A program made the position numbers and the translations under genes. Below the pieces are notes generated by a model. It made no database searches, was not told the origin of the DNA, and saw only the letters and a program-made list of their open reading frames with translations. A DNA stretch of 64,000 nt, taken from contig NC_069000.1 of assembly GCF_001194135.2 (NCBI RefSeq), positions 23,601,190 through 23,665,189 of the forward strand. The letters are read 5' to 3'. Below, piece by piece: positions 50,137 through 62,889 of the stretch (position 1 is the first letter of the stretch; each line of letters starts with the position of its first letter). Origin of the DNA: Octopus bimaculoides. Lineage: Eukaryota.

Positions 50137-50527
50137 GGTAGAGATGGACTATATGTAATCTGAACCTCCCCCCCCCTTATTTATTAAATTTTTTTTACGG
50201 AATCCCATGTTTTAGGCTGTGGAGATTCCGATTCTGAAAACAAATTTTTTGAAAAATTTCACCCCCCCCCCCACCAAGCAGGCTATTTACATGCTAGAAA
50301 TAACAGCCAAATCTCACAAAACTAGTGTTAGGGTCAGGGTTAGGGTTAGGGTTTACCCTGTGGATCTATATAAAAACCGGTGGGTGGGGATCGAAATTTT
50401 GAAATTGAGATTTTTGAAAAAAAATTTCCAGAATCGGATTCTCCATGGTCTGAAACATAGGATCCCGTAAAAAAAACAAAATTTAAAAGGGGGGGTATAC
50501 CCAGATTACATATACTCCATCTCCACC
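50137..50527. mobile_element. MITE with about 140-bp TIRs, GG termini and an 8-bp TSD (Merlin-like)
   Basis: agagaacc at 50129-50136 and 50528-50535; ends ggtagagatgg / ccatctccacc; internal TTAGGG-type repeats at 50328-50351. Confidence 0.8.
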
Positions 50528-52085
50528 AGAGAACCTCTATGTAGTCACTTGATATGCTAGAAATAGCGTCCAAAACCCTTTAAATTACATATCTACTCAT
50601 CTTAAAAGAAGGAAATTGCATGTTGAAATAATGTAACCTTGGATACACTGTTTAAAAAAAAAAAGCCTTTGATTACCGATGTGTTCTATGAGAGCTGACC
50701 TGAGGCTAAATAGCAATTACATAATCTTGCTATAGCTTCTGTATGGTTACTCAAACTGCAAGAAATCACAGCCAGATTTCCTTCAAATCATACCCTACTG
50801 TTTTAAAATAAAAATGGTTTCATTTAATTCTTAATGCAATTTATGGATGATCTCAACTGAAGCGCTTTTAATCATATGCCTTTATCAGGAACTGACCTGG
50901 AATTAAAGAAACAATTCATTGTTCTTGAGTAGATTTAGTCAACACTCTTGAAAAAATTCTATAATGTACTCAAAAATTCACAATTTTAATTCTGCAGGTA
51001 TAAGATGGTATATCAGTTGGATCTATCATAATAGCATGAGTAGTGATTATCTGGTCTTCTAATTTTGTACGTGATTTAGGGTTTATAACAAACAACTTCA
51101 TTATCAAGATAGGAAGAATAGATTTGGCAGTTACAATGAAGAGGTTGAGAATTAATGTAAGAAGTTTCTCACTGGCTTAATATCATAAAAATTATATTTT
51201 GCCAGTTATTTGTGTTACTTTTTTTTCTAAAAAAGGATTCTTCAGTAAATTGTAATGTAAACTTTAACATGGTTTTTATTACATACCCATTTATTTAGTA
51301 TGCTAGACCATATGTAATTGCATATTCAATATTTTTATGTTGCACACCAAGTGAAATATATGAATATATGTTTTCCGAAGTCTTATAGACTCAGTGATAA
51401 TCATATATAGATATATTGTTTTGTTTTGCTTTTTTTTTTTTTTATTGAATAGCCCCAGTAAACTTAGTGTTTACTCCTGATATAATGTCTGAGATAAATC
51501 CATATGTCCTATTTCAATGTATCTGGAGGATCTTGTTACACTACATTATTGTTTACTTCTAGCTCAGGCCTAATTAACCTGATCTACAATCAAAAATGCT
51601 CATACTATGGCCATCCTATCTTTTATTATCAGACATAGTTTATCTCGGATTACATTATCCAGCGTACTCTATTTTTAAAACTGTAGAGTGTAATCTGAAG
51701 GATAGTTGGCTGCTATTTCTATCAGATTAAATGAGAGCTTGAAAGTTTACTTATTGGCTTGCATTTCACTATGTAGAATTTGTGTGGAAGGCACACAGTA
51801 GAACATGTTCAACAGAGTCTCTGCAGTTCAGCATGATGAAGATTGTAGTCTAATAGTCAAAGTGATGATGAAAATGATTATTATTTAACAGTTTTATTTT
51901 AATTTTGTTATTCTCCCTTTTATCATTTTACAGTGTTGGAACCAAAATTGCAATGCTTCCAAATTTGTCCCTCTATCAAGATTCTTTCATGAACAAATTC
52001 AACATTGACCCTCTTTAGACATGCTTAGTAAAAAGACTTTGTCTTTTTGCTATGATTAAAGTCCTTATGTATCCAAAGTACCAGT

Positions 52086-52410
52086 ATGCCTCATAATTGC
52101 AACCTCTGTAACAAGACTTTCAAGAGTCGTAATCGTTTGGAACAGCACATTCTCAAACACACTAAGACCTTCATTTGTCAGGTGTGTGAAAAATCTTTCC
52201 GCATAAAGTCTCATTTACTCATTCATTTGAGGTACCATACAGGTGAGAAACCTTATCATTGTGAACAATGTGACAAGAAGTTTCCCATACTGGCGACGTT
52301 AGCTGCACATCGCCGCAGTCATACTGGGGAAAGACCACATCAGTGTGATCTCTGTCCAAAAGCATTTGGTACAAGGCACTATCTGCAAGCACATCGGCGA
52401 TTTCACACAG
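52086..52410 (+). CDS. Zinc-finger gene coding exon 1 (fingers 1-4)
   Basis: [12 protein letters not shown]...[12 protein letters not shown]...[12 protein letters not shown]...RRFHT; donor gtgagt. A strong acceptor at 51933/51934 suggests a 5' UTR portion. Confidence 0.92.
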
Positions 52411-52895
52411 GTGAGTTTTAATTCTTTCATTGACCTTCTGGATTAATTTCAGTTTTCTTCATTTGTACTTCTATTCAACGATGCAATTCACTCTTACTCT
52501 GCACCAAGATAGGTTAGAGGTTTTAATAATGAGAAGGGGAAATAATTTTTAGATTAAACAAACTAGAACAACATTTACTGAAGTTCTTTTAGTCCAAACA
52601 AATATTTTACAATATCTGAAATAGTCATTCCTGACAATCTTAATGTTTCATTTTAATCATTAGAGAAGATCAACAGCTGAAGGTTAAGTGTTTGATAGCT
52701 AACACAGTTTAAGTTTTACAAAATTTGCTAAAATGGTTAACTTTAGTCCATGTGGTAAAGAAGCTTGCTTCCCAACCACATGGTTCTGGGTCCAGTCCCA
52801 CTGCATGGCACCTTGGGCAAGTGTCTCCTACTATAGCCTTGGGCCCAACAAAGCCTTGTGAGTGAATTTGGTAGACAGAAAGTTAAAAAAGTCTG

Positions 52896-52937
<42 letters not shown>

Positions 52938-55934
52938 GTGTGTGTGTGTGTGTATCTTTGTGTCTATTTTTGTCCCCCACTACCACTTGACAACCAGTGT
53001 TGGTGTGTCTTACATCCCCATAACTTAGCAGTTCAGCAATAGAATAAGTACCAGGCTTTAAAATAAATAAGTACTTGATTCAGTTCATTTGACCAAATTA
53101 ATTGAAGGTGGTGTCCCAGCATGGTCACAGTCTAATGACTAAAAGCAAGTAAAAGATAAGCGATAAAAACCCAGTCACCTTATTCAGCTTCAATCATTTT
53201 GTCTAGCTTAAAGTAAATACTATACAATTACTATTTGCAGTTGCATGATACCCTCTTCATGAAATTGTGCTTGCTTAGATTTTCCTGACTCAATCACATC
53301 ACCCATCACAATCTCCCCTGGGATAAAGATCCTAGGGGAGAACTGGGAAAGAAATATTCTTCCAGACTCCTGGGGGCAGGTAGGGTAGTAGCTTCCTGAT
53401 ATAGAGGTTAGTAACAAATATGGAAATAAGCTGTCCTGAACCAAATATAGGCTGCCCTTGGCAAAGCATGGCACCTGATACCATTTGATCTAGGATTAAA
53501 GGTGAGGTTATAGGAGACACCATGCTGGATGTGCAGTTCCAGTGAGTCATCCATTGACTAACAGTGACACTCATGCAATATGGGGTAAAGGAAACTATAA
53601 GATCAGTGATTGGGATCAAGTTCTTAAACTGTGGTACTGCGAACATCTATAGATCTAGCAACCATAGCCTTCATTTAAATATTGTTGTCTGACTTTGTAG
53701 CAGTCAGAGGTTAAATGTATGTGTGTGTGTATACACACACATACATGCACAATATATCTAACCATAAAATACAGTCGTGAATATAGAGTTTTATGTAGTC
53801 AGCTATATAAAAAAAAAACAAATTAGAAATAACTATGTAATGAAAGAAAAAAACATTAGTGCAATGGCTAATATTTTAATAATTTCAGCTAGTATGGGAG
53901 ACTACTCAGGATATGTTTTGATCTTTGTAGATTCTTCAATGAAGCAGACTTCATAGTACTTGCTAAAGTGATAACAGAATTACTAATACATAAGTAACTA
54001 TGAAAATTGAGCAAATCTTTTGTTGTCTTTCATACTTGCTAATTTGATTAAAATAGTTATTTGAAGTAATGTTGTCTTTTCTTCATCATATAATGGTTTC
54101 TAATTAGATATTTTTTTAATACTCAATCAATACATTAAATACATTTCTAAATCAAGTAGTTCATGTCTTTAAATATGTAAATCTTTCATGCAGACAGCTA
54201 AGAACATTGCAGCTTGATGGCTTGTAGATACTCAGGATATGTAGAGCATTGGCATACCATACACACTTTTTAGTTGTACAATTAACCATAGAAAGTATAT
54301 TTTACTGCTGTAATATTTGCTCAAATAGCTTATATACATTCATCCAAATTTGCAGATTTTATCCCAGCTAAGAATTGTATGGAAAAATTAATGACAGAAA
54401 TAGTTACTCTCTGCTCTATGAAAGAAATGAGGGAATAACTGAATAAATGAGATAATAAGATCTTTTGGATGTTTTTTTTTTTACAACACACTTTTATACT
54501 TTATCTATTTCCTTTTTCATGTTATAGTACAAAATATCCTACAAATAAGATGTCTCAGGTAGATATGATATTGGCTTATATGCTCATAGGTCATGAGTTC
54601 AAAACCCAGTGCTGGCATTTCTTGTGTTTTGAGTCAGATTGCTTTTCTCTGTTGCCTCAATTCACTGTCAAGTATAGGTTCCAGATTGTTTATGAATGTT
54701 GGCTGTGATAACAGACAAGCATCCTGTGTAAGGGGAGAAGTTTATCTGTTATATGCTTATTATTATGAAATTGGGGTTAGAGGACCTCTTGGAACTTAAT
54801 GTTTTTTTAAAAATTATATTGGTATATCAAAAGATTTTGATTTTACCAAAATATTCATTTAGCAAACTCCAGAAACATTATTCTCGTATACAGCTATTTT
54901 GTCTAATAGCATTCATTCATTCAATAAATAATTTTTTCACATTACATATATAGAATAAACTGGGTTTTGCAAATAGCGAATTAAAACTTGAAATGAATAT
55001 ATATTAAATTATCATTACATTAAAATCTACTCCACAGTGATTGCAACAAATATTTAAATTTGTGAAAAAGTTGTAGTTCAAATATTCAATAAACTTTAGA
55101 AATCAAAATTACAGGAAATTTCTTGGAACATGAATTTATAAAAAATTTTCAGGTGGTCAAACCTTTAATAATTGCTTTCTTTTAGTAACTGTTACATGCC
55201 TAATTAATAATGAGCTTTCTCCATTATAATATAGATAATATAGATGGATTAATTTTGTATTTTCAGGTGAAAAGCCATATCAGTGTGATCAATGCGAGAA
55301 GGCGTTTTGTATTCGCAGTAACTTATTAGAACACCAGCGAACACACACGGGTGAGAAACCTTTCAAGTGTGACTACTGTGACAAATCATTTAGCACGCGT
55401 AGCAACCAAGCAAAGCATCATCGGATTCACACTGGAGAAAAAAAATTTATATGTCAATATTGTGACAAAGCCTTCATTGATAATTCAAGACTGCAGAAAC
55501 ATGTCATTGCGCACCTCAAAAAGCTGATTCATAAATGCAAATATTGCAAGGAAACATTTGATACCGTAGATAACTGGAGCATGCACTTGAAAGCACACCG
55601 TGCTGATAAACCTTTTAAATGTTTGAACTGTGAAGAGGCATTTAACAGCAAATCTGAGTTAGCTGCACATCGAAAAATACACAGTTCTAAGAAACCTTTT
55701 GCATGTGATATGTGCACAGATGCATTTTCCAGCCGCTATGCCCTAACAATGCATCGGCGACAACATAGTACGCTTTACTCCTGTAAATACTGTGAAAACA
55801 CTTTCACTTCCACCATAGAGTGGAGTACACACATTCAGCAGCATCTTGCAGAAAAGCCATTCAAATGCAATTTCTGCACAGAAGCTTTCTCTAGTAGCTA
55901 TGATCTATTGAAACATAAACGAGTACCACACTGA
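52086..55934 (+). CDS. C2H2 zinc-finger protein, 330 aa, 12 tandem fingers, no KRAB/BTB/ZAD domain; two coding exons
   Basis: Exons 52086-52410 and 55267-55934 join in phase 1 within a TGEKP linker (ACA G|gtgagt ... tttcag|GT GAA AAG CCA). Twelve CxxC...HxxxH units; in-frame stop upstream at 52053-52055. Confidence 0.92.
53230..53645 (-). mobile_element. Decayed CR1/L2-like RT fragment in the zinc-finger gene intron
   Basis: VPQFK...QHG...IPQG-like remnants across frameshifts. Confidence 0.45.
55267..55934 (+). CDS. Zinc-finger gene coding exon 2 (fingers 5-12, stop)
   Basis: [13 protein letters not shown]...[12 protein letters not shown]...KHKRVPH*; open through TGA at 55932-55934. Confidence 0.92.
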
Positions 55935-58199
55935 CATGAGGCACATTCCTGGGATATATTGACTGACACAATTTGGTGGGCTTATCAGTTGCTATGTATA
56001 ATTAGATTTAATGAATCTAGAAGGGTTTCACACCCAAGGAGGGTTACTTGGTACAACCTCATGGTTTACGCTAGTTGCTGCACATAAATGAGTATAGCTC
56101 TGTGTGTGTGTATGTGTGAACAATTGAGCCCTTTGCCTAAATTTTCCCCATGACACCACACTACTTTTCATTTCTCGAACTGCAATTTTTCCTCAATATC
56201 ACTAATCTTTCTCATCACCTAGAATCATTTTACCTGATATCCATTCCTCATCCTTAATATTGTCCTCTCCAACCACATTTTACATTGTTCCTCCCAACCA
56301 AATCATCTCACCTTCTCTGCCATTATATGTCATTCACTCTCCCTATGCCTCCTGTCTCTCCCTTCCTACATGCTTTTGTAACCTACCTTGCTACTCATCA
56401 TCTTCCTCTCACTCACACATACACACCATGGATGTTGAATGATGATAGTGTGAGTGGTAATGTATGCACAACCTGGTGGTTAAATAACGTAAATAATTAC
56501 ATATTCATTTGTGTATAGGAAATAGCTTGATACCCAAGATCTTCTGAGTGGTATAATCTGATAGTTATACTTGTTGTAAAGTATATGGCTTGAAGCTTTC
56601 TCATGGTGTGTTAATAAACAATTTAATGATTATACCAGTTGTGATATATATGTATGTATAAATGGGAGCGAGGGAATAGAATAAATCTTAAAGTGTAATT
56701 CATTGGATTGATCTCACCTTTACACTAGCCATTACTGCATATGGAGTATATGAAGTGTTATGGGGAAAATTGTTGAGTACATAATGTATCCTGATTCATG
56801 TAACAGGGTTATTGGAGATGGCAGAAGATATCGCTTATTTTGACCTATGATTTTACTGGTGGATACATTAATGGTTTAGGAATGGAATAATGCAGCTTGC
56901 ATTGGATGGTAACTTGTTTATAACCTGATTTCTACACTAATGGTATTTCTTAAGCTGGTTCTATTAATGTTTCAGATTTTTGTACAAAGCCAGCAGTTTT
57001 TTTTTTTTAGAAGGAGGGGCTTGGTTGATTAGATCAAGCCCAATACTTGACAGATACTTTATTTTACCAATCCCCAAAGGACGAAAGCAAAGTTGACTTC
57101 AACAAGATTTGAACTCAGAATGTAAAGAGCCAGAAGAAATACCATGTTTTTTTGTCCAACGTGTTAATGATTCTACTGTCTTGATCTGGTGGTTGTCCAA
57201 TACCTTGTGAGTGGAATGTTAAAGACAAAAACTATATAGAAGCCTGTTGTATGTGTGTTGACTGTGTGGATATGGAGTTTGCTTTGTAACATTGGGGTTT
57301 CAGATTCTATCCAATCATGTGTCATCTTGGGCTCACTAATGCCTACGGAGAAATTGGTAGTTAGAAACTTTTATAGAAACTCTTTGTGTGTGTGTGTAAG
57401 AATGTTTACATTCCATGTGTCTTTGCATTATGCATTTAGGCAAATTGCTGATATACTTATATTCCCTGTTAGCAAAATGGCATGTAACTCTGTGCTTGTG
57501 AAGACCAAGGAAATAGAAAAATATTTTACTCAAGAAACAGGGAAGGCTTGACAATAGGAAAGGTATTCAGTTGCAAAACACTGCCTTAGTTCATCTTCAT
57601 GCAACCTATACTAGCAAGAAAGAGTAGATGTAGAACAAATGAATGAATGTGTGTGTAAGCACATGTGTGTATATGTATGCATGTTGTATCCAAATATATA
57701 ATTTGTAAATAAAATCAAATGATAGTACTCAGTTTATGATACAGAGTTTATTCATATATTAAAATTAAAATTTTGGTCACATGTTGTTTCTGGACCATCG
57801 TCTTTCAAGAGGCTCCATTATATATTATTTGCAGCTGAAGCTTCTTGAATCATTGCACGGAGTTTCATGTTGCTTATTATTCAGACAATTGAAGAAGAGC
57901 AACATTATAACGGGATATCAGCAGTAATGTTTGTAAATGCATCAAAATGCGATTAGTTATTGAGATTTGATTGGTTGCCAAAATAAATTTTTTAAATGGT
58001 AGAAAATGCATTACACATTTACTCTGTTGTCATGTGCTGAACATGTAATATATTCATCTATTCACATGCAAAAGTGTGATGTTTCTTGTGTCATATGTGT
58101 AAAACATACAACAGCAATGAAGTTTTAGTGTTGATGAATTACTGAATTTATTTTGTCTCCATCCCTCACCTCAAGTATATGACCATTTTTTGGATTTCT

Positions 58200-58420
58200 T
58201 TAAGTATCGATGAAGTGTCTGCATGAATTCACCAATTTTGATCTGATGTGTAAAATTGTTAATGATTACAATAGGATATTTATACTTCAAGGAGACAATG
58301 GTTACACCTTCTGGAACCATTAATGAAAGAAATTCATCTTTATACTAGAACAGTTAATTGTGAATATTATCATCCTTTGCAATCCAAATATATTTGGATA
58401 GTTAGATGATAAGACATTGT
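58200..58420 (-). mobile_element. Penelope-like element GIY-YIG C-terminal remnant
   Basis: LSKYIW...DDNI...FINGSRRCNHCLLE...RSKLVNSCRH across frameshifts, matching the typical Penelope C-terminal pattern (LSxYIW...CxLCLxEK...RxELxxxCRH). Confidence 0.62.
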
Positions 58421-61400
58421 CTTTCTCAATGTTGTGAGATTCATTTTTTTCAATGAGATATTCAGAAAATTTGTTGGGTGGGGGCAGATGTTAGGTTTCA
58501 CTGTCATTTGCAAGAGAGCCTTTAGGTTGATAAACTAAATGTTTTAAAAAGACACATGCTTTTCAGAGTGTAAGTGTTAGACTTGTTACTATTAGAGGGG
58601 TAAAGTTTTGCACAATTGTACTGGAAGTTTTCTGTTTATACAGGCTACAGAACAGCAAAGTTTCTGCAAACTCACCTGACTCTTTAGCATTCAGATTATC
58701 TGTTAAATGTAATGTTTATTTATTCACATTTTGTAAAATTAATCATGCATTATTTTTAGATTGACATTGTAGGGTGGATATGAGAGGCCAGATCTGGCCA
58801 GTTTGAATATAAAACAGATATGGTTGATGTAAATGTTAAAGGAGGTAAACACTATTTCTGTTAAAGATGTATCTTTGGTTTGTGAAGAAATACCTATTTA
58901 TAAGGTTTAGAAAGATCCTTGCAGTTATAAAATGAACATTTAAACTCTAAAAAGAATCGTACCATATTTTGTTTTGTTTCCTATTTCTGCATATTAGTGC
59001 TGTACTGTATAAAATGTCTTTTTTTTTTTTTTTGAAACCACTGCCTTTTAATGTCATTGCAATAATGAACAGGACACTTAAAGGTTCCTGGTTAAATGAA
59101 AAGCCGGATATGATATTGAAACTGTGCAAATATTATATGTGAATAGATGAATACATTATGTTCTGCATATGGTAAATAGATGACAGTAATAATTTTTTTT
59201 TGTCTAGCAACTAGAGAAATCACAATGATTAAACATGTTTTAACGTGTTTGTGGTTACTTAGACATTGTCATGATTCTAGAAGTTTCAATTGCTAATAAA
59301 ATACACAAACTCTATATATTGAGTTTTTTCTTCATCTGTAAACAAACATTCACCAATACACACACACACACACAGTGATGATAAAGTCTTGTAGATGTTG
59401 ATGAACGAGTGTTCTAATGGTTCAAAACGTATAATTTAAGTTGCCGAGTATTCCACAGGCACCCTATACCCTTAACAATCCTCAAGCAGACTTGGTGCTG
59501 TGACTCACTATGTCCATCTGACAGTTTCCATCTGTCCAATTTCACTCACAAGCTTTTGGTCAATAACAAGACTCTGGTAAAAGACATTTGCCCCAAATAC
59601 TGCAAAGTGGTTATATATGGAGTGGGAAAGAATATGGATTTTGTTATATATGAATTGGTTGTTATTAGGCCTCATGTCATCCTCGATTGAGTAGACCTTC
59701 GATCAAAAGTGTTCAAGCTATGATCATGCTGTCTTTTTCCAGTAGTTTATCCTAGACTGCATATTTCAATATGTCCTTTTCCTTCATGTAATAGCTTGGC
59801 TGCTATTTCAGGAGGATAAGCAATTACTTAGAGACTCCCTCATTGATTCATATATCAGTTGGTATCAATTGGAAGTGTTATTGGCAAAGTTTGGTTGAAT
59901 GTATAGCTCTATAAATACATACACATAGACAGACAGAGGGATAAATGATAGACCCAGTTATTAGTTATAAATTTAAAACATCAAACATTTTTAAGGTTAC
60001 ATACACTATATCAAATAGTGCAAATTAGAAATAAAGGATAAGACAACAAAAGTTTATAATTGTATAAAATCAACAGGTAATATTTTCCCTTTTCAGGAAA
60101 GTGTAGGAGATAATTTTAGGTATATTTCAGTCTTATTCTAACTTCATCAGCATGGTGTAACTTCCAAAGTAGTTATGAAAGATCAACTCAGTAAATGTAC
60201 AAGAATTGTTTAGCAAAGAAAGGAAAAATGTAAATATTAATAGACATTAATAGGCACAGGCATGGCTGTGTGGTACAAAGCTTGCTTCCCAACCACATGG
60301 TTCAGGGTTCAATCCTACTGCACGGCAACTTAGGCAAGTGTTATCTACTATAGCCTCAGGCCAACCAGCACCCTGTGATTGGGTTTGGTAGACGGAAACT
60401 GAAAGAAGACCATTATTTATTTATATATATATATAAGTATATATATGTATGTATGTATATATATATATGTGTGTGTGTGTCTTTGTGTCTGTCCCCCACC
60501 ACTGCTTGACTGTTATTGGTTTGTTTACATTCTCATAACTTAGCAGTTCAGCAAAAAAGAGAGCAATAGAATAAGTACCTCGCTTAAAAAAAGTCCTAGG
60601 GTTGATTTATTCAACGAAAAGTTCTTCAAGGTGGTGTCCCAGCATGGTTGCAGTCTAATGATTGAAACAGATAAAAGAAAATAACGGTAAAATATATTAA
60701 CAAGTAGCAATTTGAGTCAGGAAAGAAATTCAGACTTACTATCTTGTTAGTGTGCCTTTTTCCATTTCTCTCTTTTTTCAATTTGTTACTTATAATGTTC
60801 AGTTAATTTGCATTAAAATCCCAGCAGTTAATTCAAAGAGAAAACATGCCAAATAACTGACACAAGTATACTATATATATAATAAAAATTGTAAGTTGGC
60901 AGTCATTAGAGGTTAGTTTAGAATGTCTTGCAATATTCATTCTTGCTCACTGTGCTCTGAGGTCAACCTGCCTTTCATTAGTTCATGGTCATTTAAATAC
61001 CAGGTCAGTGCTAAGGTCGATTTCTCCTGGGGAAAAAGAATTGGCTGTATCAGATCTGGAGCAGGATGGGTTCCACTAGATTCTAAAAATATCCAAGGCA
61101 TCATGTATTACAATGGTGTCCTTATAACTCCATTTGGAGATAAGGACCCAAAGAAGAAAGGATAACTAATCTTATAGACACACAATGAGTGCTGATAGAC
61201 AAGGGAATGATTTCCCATGGTGTATTAAAGGGCATAACCCAATAATTACACCATGTAACATGATTTTTGCCCTTGAGTAGCAACTGTTATTTCCTATTTG
61301 CTTACTCCTAGAAAGTATGAAAAAGGCTAATATTTTCTTCAAACTGCTTTTGTTACATTTATTCAAACCCCAAAGAATTCCTCTGAATACATAGCTATGA

Positions 61401-62105
61401 TATTCCTTCACTACTCCTGCTCATGATTAGAGATGCACATATTGTCAGCTACAAAGGGGACATGCTCAAGTGGTTATGGTCAAGCAACTGGCAAACAAAT
61501 CTGTGATAGTGAGCAGAACATTTGTTATAACAATATTTCTGTTTCGGCAACTCAGTGCCGAATCTGTCTGAAATGTAATGGAAAATAGGTCAGTTTCAAA
61601 ACATTGATGTCCCTGTCACAAGAGCAAAGTTCGAAGGGAATAGTAGTCATTTTCTTTGATTTCTAGATAGAAGCAAATAGGAAATAACACTTGCTGACCA
61701 AAGACACAAAAACATGAAAATTTTGTTTCTGTTATACTGGTCATACAAAGTGAATGAAAGGGTGCCATTAACTGATCATTTGTGGTTATTACTATATTTT
61801 ACATAATGCTAAGAAATTTAGATGTTCATTGGTTGTGATTAGTGAATGGGTGGGTCATGGGGGGAACTTAAGACTGAGATGTGTTGGATCAAAGAAAGAG
61901 GTATTTAAATGAGATAGTTTATGCAAATATCTCTAAATTACCATTGAATCCATTTTTGTAAATTTATGTACTTCAGTCAGGAAGTAAATTTGAAAACAAT
62001 TTATTTTATGTTGTTTATTCTCAAGTGATCCCTAATCAAAGAAATTTGTGATCAAATATGTTCCATCCATGACCTCCCTGTCTTTCTTTTCGGACATTAT
62101 GCACT

Positions 62106-62622
62106 TCAGATTATCATCATCGTCGTTTAACATCTACTTTCCATGCTTGTATAGGTTGGACGATTTGACTGAGGACTGAGGAACACTAAACTCGGCTTGC
62201 AAAGACCTGTTGGGGCAAACAAAAGCAAAACCGTGATGGCACCTGTACCGGTGGAGCACTAAGAGCACCGTCCGAGCGTGATCGTTGCCAGAACAGCTGT
62301 CTGGCTTGTGCCGGTGACACATAAATAGCACCATCGTGATCGTTACCAACGTCGCCTTCCTGGCACGTGAAAAGACATTCAAGCGAGATCGTTGCCAGTG
62401 CCGATGGACTGGCTCCTGTGCAGGTGGCACATAAAATACACCATTTCGAGCGTGGCCGTTGCCAGTACCACCTGACCGGCCTTCGTGCCGGTGGCACATA
62501 AAAGCACCCACTACACTCTCAGAGTGGTTGGCATTAGGAAGGGCATCCAGCTGTAGAAACTCTGCCAAATCAGATTGGAGCCTGGTGTAGCCACCTGGTC
62601 CACTAGTCCTCAGTCAGATTAT
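62106..62622. mobile_element. RTE 3' UTR insertion with internal inversion, flanked by a 9-bp TSD (tcagattat)
   Basis: Minus-oriented tail at 62115-62177 is joined to plus-oriented upstream 3' UTR at 62180-62616; tcagattat occurs at 62106-62114 and 62614-62622. Confidence 0.8.
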
Positions 62623-62889
62623 ATTATGCAATATGTCTTCCCTTTTGTAGAATGATTGTGTATGATATGAGAATGATTGACTGCTATTTCTAATAAGTTG
62701 AAGGTCTGTGTAGAGGCTCCTTTGGCTCATACATGAGTGTAGTATCCCATTTGATTTCATCTTCAAGCCAACTATGGCAGCAGCAAGCTTTCCTGAACAT
62801 TTTACAAACAGTGCCATTCATGTTTTTCATATCTTCATCTGATGTAGAGCCTTTTACAAATGGGGATGCAATGGATGTATGATGCATAG

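Noticed and set aside
50328-50351. Interstitial telomere or chromosome fusion scar
   Set aside because: Only four units, lying inside a TSD-flanked MITE.
60923-61165. 80-aa plus-strand ORF and a 26-nt minus-strand micro-exon (61001-61026)
   Set aside because: Largely overlaps a SINE body; no recognisable protein similarity or partner exons.
62230-62515. Repeat-spacer look resembling a CRISPR array
   Set aside because: Eukaryotic DNA, degenerate units, no cas genes; it is the RTE 3' UTR.
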